DNA of 47,198 nt from a virus (Duplodnaviria > Caudoviricetes). The position numbers and the translations under genes were made by a program. The notes beneath the pieces were generated by a model. It ran no database searches. It saw only the letters and a list, made by a program, of their open reading frames with translations, and had not been told where the DNA came from. How positions within the stretch are numbered: the stretch's first letter is position 1; each line of letters opens with the position of its first letter. The stretch is taken from IMG/VR virus record IMGVR_UViG_3300021476_000007, positions 1-47,198 of that record. One strand, written 5' to 3'. Below, one piece after another: positions 1-8,486 of the stretch.

Positions 1-1
1 C

Positions 2-328
2 ATGTCGCAAATCACACAGGACGAAACGTCCCTGCCCCCTGATGCCAAAGCCGTTGCCGCCGCTTACGCCGCCATCGAAGGAGCGGCGGAACTCGGGGCG
101 TCCATCTGCATGGGGCAGGACGTAGCGGGCCCGCTTGGCGCTGCTTGCCTGCGAGCCCAAGGCCAACTCACTGTCATCGTCGAGGAGGTCCACTCGGTAG
201 AGGTTATGGTCGATTCGGGGAATGCTGCTCCCACGGAGGCCCAAACCCTCGCCGAGGCTAATGCGGCCCTCAATGCCCTCGTCGCGGGGCTGAAGCAGTT
301 GCAAGCATCGCAGGGAGTCAAGAAATGA
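2..328 (+). CDS. Hypothetical Ala-rich protein, probably the 3' part of a gene starting at 47166 (lysis-region or secreted protein)
   Basis: Open frame from the window edge; ATGA overlap with the next ORF at 325; the window ends with a signal-peptide-like start MKSLSALAASL. Confidence 0.55.
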   Translation: MSQITQDETSLPPDAKAVAAAYAAIEGAAELGASICMGQDVAGPLGAACLRAQGQLTVIVEEVHSVEVMVDSGNAAPTEAQTLAEANAALNALVAGLKQLQASQGVKK

Positions 329-618
329 GCCCAGTAGACATCGAAGCGATCCTCACTGTCGCCGAATTGCTCCAGCAAGGTCTTGGCATGCTGACTGCCG
401 GGGACGCGACCCTCCAGGGGTTCGCCGACCGGCTGCACGCATTCGCAACCAAGGCCAAGGCAAGCGGAGCCCAAAGCCTTGCGCCCACGGACATCGCGAC
501 TTTCCTGCAAGGGGAGTATGCGGTAGCCAAGGCCGACATCGCGGGTATGCTCAGTGCCACACAAGTAGTCGGCGTGACTCCTGTCGCCCCCATTGCCCCC
601 TCCACCCCAACCAAGTGA
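325..618 (+). CDS. Hypothetical protein
   Basis: ATGA-coupled to the previous ORF, GGGAG RBS upstream, typical codon usage. Confidence 0.65.
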   Translation: MSPVDIEAILTVAELLQQGLGMLTAGDATLQGFADRLHAFATKAKASGAQSLAPTDIATFLQGEYAVAKADIAGMLSATQVVGVTPVAPIAPSTPTK

Positions 619-677
619 GCTTCGAGCTATACACACTAGCCCTGGCATTCGCAGGGTTTTGCATGCTCTGGCTATAG
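615..677 (+). CDS. Possible 20-aa hydrophobic peptide MSFELYTLALAFAGFCMLWL (not in ORF track)
   Basis: GTGA overlap with the 325..618 stop; ends at the RBS of the next gene; TM-like sequence. Confidence 0.3.
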   Translation: MSFELYTLALAFAGFCMLWL

Positions 678-686
678 GAGGGGTAA

Positions 687-1028
687 GTGGGAGCACCAAT
701 CAAGAGGCCCGAGAAGCACAGGGTCGCAGGGGCAATATTGTCGATCAAGTGGGAGCCTAAAGGGGCCATCACCCAGGACGGCGACCACTGCTTCGGCGTC
801 ACCGCTAACGACACACATGATGTCCGCATCGAGGATGGACTACCTCCCTTCCTCGAGCGCGACACGCTCATGCACGAGCTACTCCACGTCCTCATTCGGC
901 GCGGCAAGCTCGACATCGACGAAGACGAGGAGGAAAAGGTCTGCGAACTACTCGGCACCGCCCTGGTCGGCCACATCCAGGACAATCCAACCTTTTGGCG
1001 CTTCATGACAAAGAAAGTGGACAAATGA
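687..1028 (+). CDS. HExxH zinc metallopeptidase-like protein (ImmA/IrrE-like fold)
   Basis: TLMHELLH motif followed by EEKVCE; GGAGGGG RBS before GTG. Confidence 0.65.
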   Translation: MGAPIKRPEKHRVAGAILSIKWEPKGAITQDGDHCFGVTANDTHDVRIEDGLPPFLERDTLMHELLHVLIRRGKLDIDEDEEEKVCELLGTALVGHIQDNPTFWRFMTKKVDK

Positions 1029-1756
1029 GCGACGCACCCCCGTCATACCGCATCTTGCATTGGGACATCGAAGCAACCCACCTCGCAGCAAGCATCGGTA
1101 CGGTGGTCTGTATTGGATACAAATGGCACGGCGAGGCCGCGACCAAGGTCCTCGCCATCAACAACTTCAAGGGGTGGCGGAAGGACCCCGGCAATGACAG
1201 GGCCCTGCTTCTCGCCTTCGAGAAGGTCTACCTCCAGGCAGACATGCAAGTCACGTGGTTCGGGAAGCGATTCGACCTCCCTTTCATCCAGACGCGGCGC
1301 CTCTGGTATGGCTTGCCCCCTCTCCCCCAGATCCCCCACTTCGACGGGTGGGAAACGGCGCGGAAGAAGCTCAAGTTACACTCCAACCGCCTGGCGACGG
1401 TGCAGGACTTCCTCGACCTCCCCGAGGTAAAGACCCCGCTCAGCTTTAGAGCATTGAGCCGGTCGGTGGCGGGGCACTTGCCCTCCCTCAATGAGGTCGT
1501 CCATCACTGCTCTCAGGATGTCAAGGTCCTGGAAATGGCGTATGAAAAGCTCCGCCCCTTCGGCGGCGACTTCCATCCGAACCGCGCCATCATGGGGGAC
1601 CCGAAAGGCTGCCCGACGTGCGGCAGCCCGAACATTGGGGCCCGCGGGTACGCGGCGGCACAAACGCGAGCCTACCGACGCTATAACTGCAAGGACTGTG
1701 GACGCTGGTTCCGCGTGGTGCGGCAAGAAGCAGGCATGCGGGCGGAGGTACGATGA
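1025..1756 (+). CDS. RNase H-like (DEDD, PolB/YprB-type) 3'-5' exonuclease with C-terminal Zn ribbon
   Basis: WDIEAT (ExoI), WFGKRFDLP (ExoII), HCSQDV (ExoIII), CPTC...CKDC; ATG at 1025 overlaps the upstream stop. Confidence 0.8.
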   Translation: MSDAPPSYRILHWDIEATHLAASIGTVVCIGYKWHGEAATKVLAINNFKGWRKDPGNDRALLLAFEKVYLQADMQVTWFGKRFDLPFIQTRRLWYGLPPLPQIPHFDGWETARKKLKLHSNRLATVQDFLDLPEVKTPLSFRALSRSVAGHLPSLNEVVHHCSQDVKVLEMAYEKLRPFGGDFHPNRAIMGDPKGCPTCGSPNIGARGYAAAQTRAYRRYNCKDCGRWFRVVRQEAGMRAEVR

Positions 1757-1757
1757 A

Positions 1758-2219
1758 GTGAAGAAGCCCGACAGCACGAAGCTCACGCGAGCGTACTCGC
1801 CCTCAGAGATCGTCTCGACCAACTTCATTTGTGGCCTGCTTAAATGCGGCAGAAAGAATGATCAATTGACTAAGTCCATCGTTTACCTTGCTTCCCCTTA
1901 CACGCACCGCGATGTCAATCTGCGGGTCCGCCGCGCCGTTGCTGCGTGCCAAGCCGCCGCCGAGATCATGATCAAACGGCCCAACGTGTCGGTGTTCTCG
2001 CCGATCGCCCACACCCACCCCATCGGTGCGTGGGTCCCCGAGACGCAGAACACCCACGCGTTTTGGATGGAGCAGGACGAGGCTTTCCTGTGCCGCGCCG
2101 CCGAGTTGATCGTGCTGAAGCTCGACGGATGGGAGGCCAGCAAGGGTGTCCAGCAGGAGATTGCCTACGCGAAGGAGCACGACATCCCGATCAGCTATAT
2201 GGAGTGGAGAAAGTTGTGA
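1758..2219 (+). CDS. Nucleoside 2-deoxyribosyltransferase-like protein (DUF1937-type); start uncertain (GTG 1758 or TTG 1866)
   Basis: YLASPYTH, FSPIAHTH, WMEQDEAFL, LKLDGWEASKGVQQEI motifs. Confidence 0.75.
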   Translation: MKKPDSTKLTRAYSPSEIVSTNFICGLLKCGRKNDQLTKSIVYLASPYTHRDVNLRVRRAVAACQAAAEIMIKRPNVSVFSPIAHTHPIGAWVPETQNTHAFWMEQDEAFLCRAAELIVLKLDGWEASKGVQQEIAYAKEHDIPISYMEWRKL

Positions 2220-2764
2220 ACAACCCCTATGAATTCGGTCCTTTTAGCATTCCCGTCTGGCGGGATGCTCAAGGTGTGTGGCACACGGGCAAGGCCCCGG
2301 AGGGCAACGAAGGGCTCGACCCCCGCCTCACGAGCGCCGTTCTTATCAACCCCAACCAGGAGAAGGCCCCAAGCGGCTCCGTCCACATCGCGGAGCGGAT
2401 CGGCGGCACCCTCCCTCTCGACGCCAAGGCCCGCAAGGACATCCCTCTGTTCCGGGGCCTGTTGAAGTACTTTCCCCGCGCCTGCGCCGCTGTGGCGGAG
2501 CTAAGCCGCATCGGCAACGAGCAGCACAATCCGGGCTCGCCCATGCACTGGGACCGCACCAAGAGTCAAGACCACGGGGACTGCGTCGTGCGGCACCAGG
2601 TCGATGCCGGAACCTTCGACGCGGACGACGTTCGACACTCAACTAAGGTTGCTTGGCGGGCCATGGCGCAGCTCGAGGTTGAGCTGGAGGAGGCTGAAAA
2701 AACCGGCGGCGGACCAGGCATTTCGGAAGATCTCGGCAAGTTTCCGTTCCGTCGCGCACCTTAG
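2216..2764 (+). CDS. DUF5664 / dATP-dGTP diphosphohydrolase N-terminal domain protein
   Basis: YFPRACAAVAELSRIGNEQH...HWDR...DCVVRH...RHSTKVAWRAMAQL pattern; GTGA-coupled start at 2216. Confidence 0.7.
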   Translation: MNNPYEFGPFSIPVWRDAQGVWHTGKAPEGNEGLDPRLTSAVLINPNQEKAPSGSVHIAERIGGTLPLDAKARKDIPLFRGLLKYFPRACAAVAELSRIGNEQHNPGSPMHWDRTKSQDHGDCVVRHQVDAGTFDADDVRHSTKVAWRAMAQLEVELEEAEKTGGGPGISEDLGKFPFRRAP

Positions 2765-2894
2765 CCTTCCACCTACAGACTGTTGACCGACCACACCCCA
2801 GACGCTCCACGATGAACCGCGTCTGGCGGTTCGCCCGGAAGAAAGCAAAGGGGCAGCAGTACCCAAGATACTGGACACAGTCTCGCAGGTTCAT
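2643..2894 (-). CDS. Small HTH-like DNA-binding protein
   Basis: ATGA-coupled to the DUF3987-like gene stop; IVERLGCGRSTVCRWK resembles an HTH recognition helix. Confidence 0.5.
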   Translation of the reverse strand: MNLRDCVQYLGYCCPFAFFRANRQTRFIVERLGCGRSTVCRWKAKVRDGTETCRDLPKCLVRRRFFQPPPAQPRAAPWPAKQP

Positions 2895-4150
2895 TCTGTC
2901 GTCTCCACCCACAAGAACTTGACCCGTCCCGTCGCCGAGTTGGTCTCCATCCGCACCAATCCACTCTCCTTGAGCACCTGCAAAAACCCGACAAGTTGGT
3001 TGTGATCGGGGATATGCCGCATGATGTAGCGCGTCACCTCTGCGAGAGACATCTCCTTCCGCCGGGCGATCAGCGCCACGACCTCCCCCTGCAGCCGGGA
3101 CAGACTATGCTCCCCGATCCGGCTGAACACCTTGAGCATCTCGGGTTCGATGTGGTCCAGGTAGGAGACGGCCATCTTGACATCGTCGATGGTGATGATG
3201 CGTTCGTTCCGCTGCGCCGCCGCGATGCACATGGCGACCTTCATCGAGTGGGCCTGCTTCCGTGCCTTGTACACGCCCAGGTAGGTGCTCTCGTTGGGTT
3301 CCTTCCCACCCCACAACACGTTGTCATACCAGTCCTTGGCCCATGCCTTAGCCTCCGGGGTAAGCTTGTACTCCCCCATAATGCGGCAGATGCGCACGAG
3401 GTCCGCGATCAGGTCCTCTTTCAGGTTGTCGTACTTCTTGCGGTCGGCGATCTCGTCCTCGACGAAAGCGACCTTCTTCACCTTGCCCGCCGCGTAGACG
3501 AAGATGCAGCGCGTCGAAAAGCCGCCATCCATCGTGTTCTGGTTGAAGGACTGCGCGATCCAGGACGGCGTCGCCCCGGCCAAGATGTTGATCCACACCC
3601 CCTCCACGATCTTTTGCCCGTCCTTGCGCGTGTCCTTGTCCCACTTGCTCGGGCAGTCCCACACGTCGGTGAGGAAGCCCACGAGTTCCACGTTCTCGGT
3701 ATTCAGGAAACTGCTGATGTCGGAGATCTTCAATGTCATGGCGGACATGGGCATCGGGTCCAGCCCGGGAATTTCAACCGTCCGCGCCACCTTTTCGAAG
3801 CGATGGAAGAGAGCTTGCCACGTCGTATTGGTGGGCCCCTCGCCCGGCGGGTAGGGGACTTGGTCGCGAGGCACCTTCTCCACCAACTCCAGCGCGTTGA
3901 GGATGCACGTGGTCTTGGAGAGCCCCGGGGGCCCGACGAGGACGATGTAGTGGTTGGGGTAGTACTTGAAGCGGATCTGATCGAACCACACCTTCCGCTC
4001 GAGGCACGCAGAGACGGCACCGATGCCGCACCACAGCCGCATGTAGTCGGGGGCCTCGCTGGAATCCGTGAACCGCAGGTAGGCACTCAGCCAACCGCCG
4101 GGCTCCTTGAAGCGGGGCTCCGGGAGGGGAAGCAGGGACCAGTCATTCAC
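2891..4150 (-). CDS. DUF3987-like P-loop ATPase (putative replicative helicase)
   Basis: SEAP..MRLWCGIGAVSACLERKV, YPNHYIVLVGPPGLSKTT, GFSTRCIFVY; GTG start at 4150 overlaps the polymerase stop. Confidence 0.75.
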   Translation of the reverse strand: MNDWSLLPLPEPRFKEPGGWLSAYLRFTDSSEAPDYMRLWCGIGAVSACLERKVWFDQIRFKYYPNHYIVLVGPPGLSKTTCILNALELVEKVPRDQVPYPPGEGPTNTTWQALFHRFEKVARTVEIPGLDPMPMSAMTLKISDISSFLNTENVELVGFLTDVWDCPSKWDKDTRKDGQKIVEGVWINILAGATPSWIAQSFNQNTMDGGFSTRCIFVYAAGKVKKVAFVEDEIADRKKYDNLKEDLIADLVRICRIMGEYKLTPEAKAWAKDWYDNVLWGGKEPNESTYLGVYKARKQAHSMKVAMCIAAAQRNERIITIDDVKMAVSYLDHIEPEMLKVFSRIGEHSLSRLQGEVVALIARRKEMSLAEVTRYIMRHIPDHNQLVGFLQVLKESGLVRMETNSATGRVKFLWVETTE

Positions 4151-6507
4151 CCGCACGCCCCCCACGATACCATCGATGTCTTGATGCTCATAGGGATGAT
4201 GAGGGGTTTGGGGTATGGCACGACGACCCTCCCGAGAGTTTCGAGGGCTGGCAGTATAGCAGCCTGTTGGTCGGTCAAGAACTGTCCCATGAGGGAATCG
4301 TGGACCTGGAGCAGCACCTCGACGATGCCTGAGGGCCCATAAGTTTCCCAAATGTTCAGCCAAACTTGGTTTATGACGCACGCCACGGTGGATTGGGGAA
4401 TCCAGGCACACGCCTCGCGATGGGCCTTGTCGTCCACCCGCCCAAAGAAGAACCGGCGGTAGCCCAGTTTGTTCTCCACGAATCGGTCGGTGATGAGTTT
4501 CTGCTGGACGCGCTCTTGCCACTTCTTCACCCCGGGGTACATCTGGAAGTAGCGGTTCTGCGAGTACTCCGCCTGCCTCACCGTGAGGTTGAGTTTCGTG
4601 GCCAGGCCCCGAGGGTTGCCGACATAGTTCGTCGCGTGGGTGAAGCGCTTGGCCCGGTCGCGGGGCCCGTGAGCCCAGCCGGTCAGCGGGAGCCCGAGTT
4701 CCTTCAGGTGGTACGTGTGGATGTCGGAGACCTCCCGCTGCACCCGGTAGAGGTTCTCGTCATCCGCCTCGGCGATAAGCACCTGGAAGTCGGCACCCTT
4801 CCCGTCGATGTCGAAGATCGTGTAACCGGGGTCGGGGACGTACAGGGAGCGGATGTTGGGGAGCAGGAGGCCGCGCTCTTCGTCCTCATTCCCCTTCGGA
4901 AGGTTCTGAAGGTTGCCCCCGGAGTCGAAGGCATTCTCCTTGCTGTTGAAGCGATAGGTTTCCGTCCCATCGATCCGGTAGCTGCAACGCATGCGGTGAT
5001 CCACATCCAGTGGCATGTCCACGAAGGTGGACTTGTAGACGGAGATCGTGCGCAACTCCTGAATCTTGGTGACGAGTGGCTTGAGCAATGGGTGCTTGAC
5101 GACCAAGGACTCCAGCGCCTCGTCATCCAGGCTCGGGGTGGGGCCACCATCTTGCCGCATCTTCATCACCACCGGCAGGGCGAAGTCTTCGTAGAACAGT
5201 GCCTTCATCTGGGGACTGCTGGCCGGATTGAGGGAATGGCCCAGGACGCGGACCAGCCATGCCTTCCGGTCCATGATCTCCCGCTCCATGACGATGGACA
5301 GTCTGTTCTTCTCCGCCTCCTCCACGCGGACCCCGCGCATCATCGAGAAGAGCACCGGGGCGAAGAGCTTCTGTTGCCGGGCGTCTACGTCGGCCAGGCC
5401 CATGCTGTTGACGATGTCCTGGCTCTTCTCCCCCACCTCGCGGGTCCGCACGCAGTCGGTGCAGTTGTACCCCCAAAGCTCATCCTCGGGGACCTTGCCG
5501 TCCCAGATCTTCCCGTCCTCTTTCCAGTAGACGTAATAGTCGCAGAGCATCGAGGCTTGGTAGTCCAGCGCCTTGCGCAGCTCGGGGAAGGCCGTGTGGA
5601 AGGTGATCGCAGTGTCCTGCCCCACGCGGGGGAGGAAGCCCCAATCTCGGTGCGTGTACTGACAATCGTAGAGGAGGTTCTGGCCGCGCACCAGGATGTT
5701 GGGATGGGTGAGGAGACGCCGCAGCGTCTTGATAATCTCGAACTCCTGTTCTTTGGGCCAGTACCCCTCCTGGTTGGCGACCGACATGAAGGGGATACAG
5801 AGGGCATCCTCGAGGGACCACGACAAGCCCGCGCAGGCGATGTGCCCCGCCCGGGTCTCGAGGTCGAAATCTATCCACAGGACGGTCTGGCTGAGCCGCC
5901 CTTCCAGCCAGTACAGCCGCTCCATTACCTGTTCGAAGGTCGGGCGGATCTCGAAGCGCCAGTGCGGAGGGGTAGGTCGCTTCTCGAGCGCCTGGGCAGC
6001 CCTGCGGAGGTCCTGGACGGTCTCGGCCCGCTTGCCCCACATCCGCATCACGTAGGCCGGGTGCCACGTGGGGATGACCACGGCCTTGCCATAGTTCAAG
6101 ATGGAGCCCCGCCAGTTGCCTATTCCCTCCCGCTCCGTCAGGGCGTAGAGGGCAACGTTGCCCAAGGCAATAATGACCTCGGGGTTGACCATCTCGATTT
6201 CCTTCTGGAGGAGGGCCGCGCCGTCGCGGATGGCGGGCAGCACCCACCAGCCTTCCCACTGGACGTGTTCAGGCCCGATCGCCTTCTTCGACTGAGCGAT
6301 CCACTTGGCGATTTCGTTCCCCGGGGGACGGAGACGGCAGACGTTCGTCACGAAGCACTGACTCCGGTGCAGGCCCGCTTCTTCCAGCATGCGGTTGAGT
6401 TCCTGCCCGGAGGGCCCCTGAAACGGGCGACCAGTCCGCTCTTCCCACTCCCCAGGCGCCTCGCCCACGATCATCACGCGGGCGGGGATGGGTCCTTCGG
6501 GGATCAT
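4147..6507 (-). CDS. polA: Family A DNA polymerase with N-terminal family-4 uracil-DNA glycosylase-like domain and 3'-5' exonuclease
   Basis: UDG motifs VGEAPG, PFQGPSG, HPAY; exonuclease DLET/NLLYD/YNCTD; NLQNLP; motif A DIDGKGAD, motif B RAKRFTHATNY, motif C QVHDS. Confidence 0.92.
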   Translation of the reverse strand: MIPEGPIPARVMIVGEAPGEWEERTGRPFQGPSGQELNRMLEEAGLHRSQCFVTNVCRLRPPGNEIAKWIAQSKKAIGPEHVQWEGWWVLPAIRDGAALLQKEIEMVNPEVIIALGNVALYALTEREGIGNWRGSILNYGKAVVIPTWHPAYVMRMWGKRAETVQDLRRAAQALEKRPTPPHWRFEIRPTFEQVMERLYWLEGRLSQTVLWIDFDLETRAGHIACAGLSWSLEDALCIPFMSVANQEGYWPKEQEFEIIKTLRRLLTHPNILVRGQNLLYDCQYTHRDWGFLPRVGQDTAITFHTAFPELRKALDYQASMLCDYYVYWKEDGKIWDGKVPEDELWGYNCTDCVRTREVGEKSQDIVNSMGLADVDARQQKLFAPVLFSMMRGVRVEEAEKNRLSIVMEREIMDRKAWLVRVLGHSLNPASSPQMKALFYEDFALPVVMKMRQDGGPTPSLDDEALESLVVKHPLLKPLVTKIQELRTISVYKSTFVDMPLDVDHRMRCSYRIDGTETYRFNSKENAFDSGGNLQNLPKGNEDEERGLLLPNIRSLYVPDPGYTIFDIDGKGADFQVLIAEADDENLYRVQREVSDIHTYHLKELGLPLTGWAHGPRDRAKRFTHATNYVGNPRGLATKLNLTVRQAEYSQNRYFQMYPGVKKWQERVQQKLITDRFVENKLGYRRFFFGRVDDKAHREACAWIPQSTVACVINQVWLNIWETYGPSGIVEVLLQVHDSLMGQFLTDQQAAILPALETLGRVVVPYPKPLIIPMSIKTSMVSWGACG

Positions 6508-6755
6508 TCGCCAGCAGAGAATATTGTTTCAATAGCCTTTTTTGCCGCTTCGAGGCTAATGTACTCACCCACCAGTTGAGGGTCCACGTTAATGTTAAGA
6601 GCCCTCCAAGTGACAGTGACCTGACGAGGGGCATGTTCCACTTCCCCGGGCTCCAACTTGCTACGGCAGGGAGCCACTAAACCGCAGGCTATATGCGTCT
6701 CAAGATTCACGTAGACTTCTTCGCCCTCGCGCAGCTTCACCCAACTCATAGCCAT
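6504..6755 (-). CDS. Hypothetical protein
   Basis: GGAGA RBS before ATG at 6755; ATGA overlap with the polymerase start. Confidence 0.6.
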   Translation of the reverse strand: MAMSWVKLREGEEVYVNLETHIACGLVAPCRSKLEPGEVEHAPRQVTVTWRALNINVDPQLVGEYISLEAAKKAIETIFSAGE

Positions 6756-6769
6756 GTCAATCTCCAGAT

Positions 6770-6795
6770 AAAAAGCGGGGCCCACGAGGGGCCCC
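6770..6795 (-). terminator. Intrinsic terminator after the SSB-like gene
   Basis: Minus strand GGGGCCC-CTCGT-GGGCCCC stem-loop followed by GCTTTTT. Confidence 0.7.
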
Positions 6796-6833
6796 AAACG
6801 CAAGCAGATCGGAATTGCCTGCGACCTCAGAAT

Positions 6834-7307
6834 CTATGCGCGGAACACCGCCGCGACCTGCTCACGGACTTGATCGTTATAGATGTCGTGTTTGAGGCGC
6901 ACCAGCACGATCTTGCCCGACAACTGGTCGAACTTGAAGCCGGGGACGTTCGTGTCGGTTGCTTCGCGGTAGATGCGGCGCCGCGAGTTCTTGCCCTGCC
7001 GCTCGTCGAGATTGCCGTCCTCGTCCAGATCGAGCATCACGCCGTCGATGATGGTAAGTTCGGGGTCGAGACTAAGCTCGGTGGCAAGTGCCGGGGGGAC
7101 CTGGATGCGAACGGGGATGTCCACACGGGCCCATTTCTTACCCTTCTGGGAGACACCGCCACGGAACCGTTCGGGGGTGATCTCGCCAATCTTGGCGAGG
7201 TAGTAGCCCTTGTCGTGATAAGGGTTCTCCTCGGGCAGGAGGCCGCGCCGCTCATCGACCACGTCCGTGGCGGCGTTGAAGAATGCTACGGGATCAAACA
7301 ATGACAT
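6834..7307 (-). CDS. Putative single-stranded DNA-binding protein (DUF669-like)
   Basis: Beta-rich sequence, position after the Sak4-like ATPase, AGGAG RBS, own promoter and terminator. Confidence 0.5.
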   Translation of the reverse strand: MSLFDPVAFFNAATDVVDERRGLLPEENPYHDKGYYLAKIGEITPERFRGGVSQKGKKWARVDIPVRIQVPPALATELSLDPELTIIDGVMLDLDEDGNLDERQGKNSRRRIYREATDTNVPGFKFDQLSGKIVLVRLKHDIYNDQVREQVAAVFRA

Positions 7308-7342
7308 TGGGTGACTCCTGGTGACGGTTGAACGAAGGGTAT

Positions 7343-7368
7343 AACGCACAGCGGGCTATTTGGTTGAC
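7343..7368 (-). promoter_or_regulatory. ECF-like promoter motif copy (GTCAACC-N15-CGTT)
   Basis: Minus strand GTCAACCAAATAGCCCGCTGTGCGTT, 21/26 identical to the copy at 12275-12300; upstream of ATG 7307. Confidence 0.7.
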
Positions 7369-8231
7369 GGAGTGCGCGTCGCACCCATCATGCGACTCAG
7401 CCACTTGTCCATGATCTGTGCGTAGTCCGGCTTGATCTTGGCTGCAATGGGGAGGTTGCGAGTCTTCACGTCCACGTCGAGGCGGGCGGTATCCCAGTAG
7501 AAGCTCGTCCCCTCGCGGACGCAGTAGATCACGTCCGAGAAGAGCGGCGGGATCTGGCTGGACACCGCGCTGCCGATGGCTTGGGTCATCAGCTTCACAC
7601 CCCCGGTGATCTCGTCCTTCTCCCGGGTGACGTGGGCCATCATGGCGAAGTGGCAAGTGCAGCCCTGCGTCAAGAGGCGGAGAAGGTTCATCAGGTTGTT
7701 CTGCGCCAGCCCGTACTCGGGGAGGGACATGGTGGGCCGCGAGCCGACGATCATCTTGACGATCGAGTTGCATAGCTCGGTCAGCCCATCGATTACGAGG
7801 ATGTGGTCCACGCCCCACTTGTCCACGGGGCCCAGATTGGTCCGGGTGCGGTCGTCGGGGAAGTCCGACAGCGCCGCGAGGATCGGCACGAAGGCGTTGT
7901 TCTTGTCCCGGTTCGGGTCGGTGAGCTTGACCACGGACTCATAGGGTAGCTGGCCGACCTTCTTCGCCATCCCTGCGATGTCCGCGAGCCCCAACGGGCG
8001 GGTGAAGGCGGAATGCCAGGACAGGCACGATGGAATGGGCAAGGACCTGTCGGTCCAATACCCAATGAGCGTCTCCAGGCCCGTCTCTGTGAAGAGGACG
8101 CTTACCTTCATCTTGTGTTTGTCCGCCCAATCGACGAGGCTGCCGACAGCGTAGGTCTTGCCCGTGCCGGTTGGCCCCTCAGTAATTACCTTCACGCCCC
8201 CGATGGGAATCAGTTCGTATTCGTGTGTCAT
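7356..8231 (-). CDS. AAA_24 / Sak4-like P-loop ATPase (phage recombination protein)
   Basis: GPTGTGKT Walker A, LVIDGLT Walker B, MMAH, IPPLFSDVIY; neighbours are a Cas4-like nuclease and SSB. Confidence 0.75.
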   Translation of the reverse strand: MTHEYELIPIGGVKVITEGPTGTGKTYAVGSLVDWADKHKMKVSVLFTETGLETLIGYWTDRSLPIPSCLSWHSAFTRPLGLADIAGMAKKVGQLPYESVVKLTDPNRDKNNAFVPILAALSDFPDDRTRTNLGPVDKWGVDHILVIDGLTELCNSIVKMIVGSRPTMSLPEYGLAQNNLMNLLRLLTQGCTCHFAMMAHVTREKDEITGGVKLMTQAIGSAVSSQIPPLFSDVIYCVREGTSFYWDTARLDVDVKTRNLPIAAKIKPDYAQIMDKWLSRMMGATRTPSTK

Positions 8232-8485
8232 TTCGCTTCCACGTTGTAAGCAGTTTCAATCCAAACCCTTGGGATGTGATACGGCGCGTCGAGCCCATCC
8301 GGGTCGAAGACGACGCGAGCAAGAACCTGTTGTTTATCGTTCACGATCCGTACCTCGTTGCAATACACCACCCGCTCGCCTCCTCGGTCCACCACGATGG
8401 GCGGCTCCCCGCAGCCTGGCTTCTTGATAAAGTGGTTCATGTAGATGTAGCAAACTCCCGGGAGACGTGCGCGGTTGATGCCCAT
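8228..8485 (-). CDS. Hypothetical protein
   Basis: ATG at 8485, 10 nt downstream of a promoter motif; ATGA-coupled to the ATPase. Confidence 0.6.
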   Translation of the reverse strand: MGINRARLPGVCYIYMNHFIKKPGCGEPPIVVDRGGERVVYCNEVRIVNDKQQVLARVVFDPDGLDAPYHIPRVWIETAYNVEAK

Positions 8486-8486
8486 A

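Noticed and set aside
2216-2764. 2-aminoadenine (Z) genome suggested by DUF5664
   Set aside because: No PurZ/PurA-like gene or HD-domain dATPase seen; the purine-related fold here is PurD-like
4151-4522. N-terminal extension of the DUF3987-like ORF shown in the track
   Set aside because: Lies inside the polymerase gene; the GTGA-coupled start at 4150 fits better
4366-6579. 737-aa plus-strand ORF (also 2996..4342)
   Set aside because: Antisense shadow of the polymerase and ATPase genes caused by GC-rich codon bias; no motifs or RBS
6797-6825. Possible seventh copy of the GTCAACC-N15/16-CGTT motif
   Set aside because: Has TGCGTT but no AAC-containing -35 element at the right spacing
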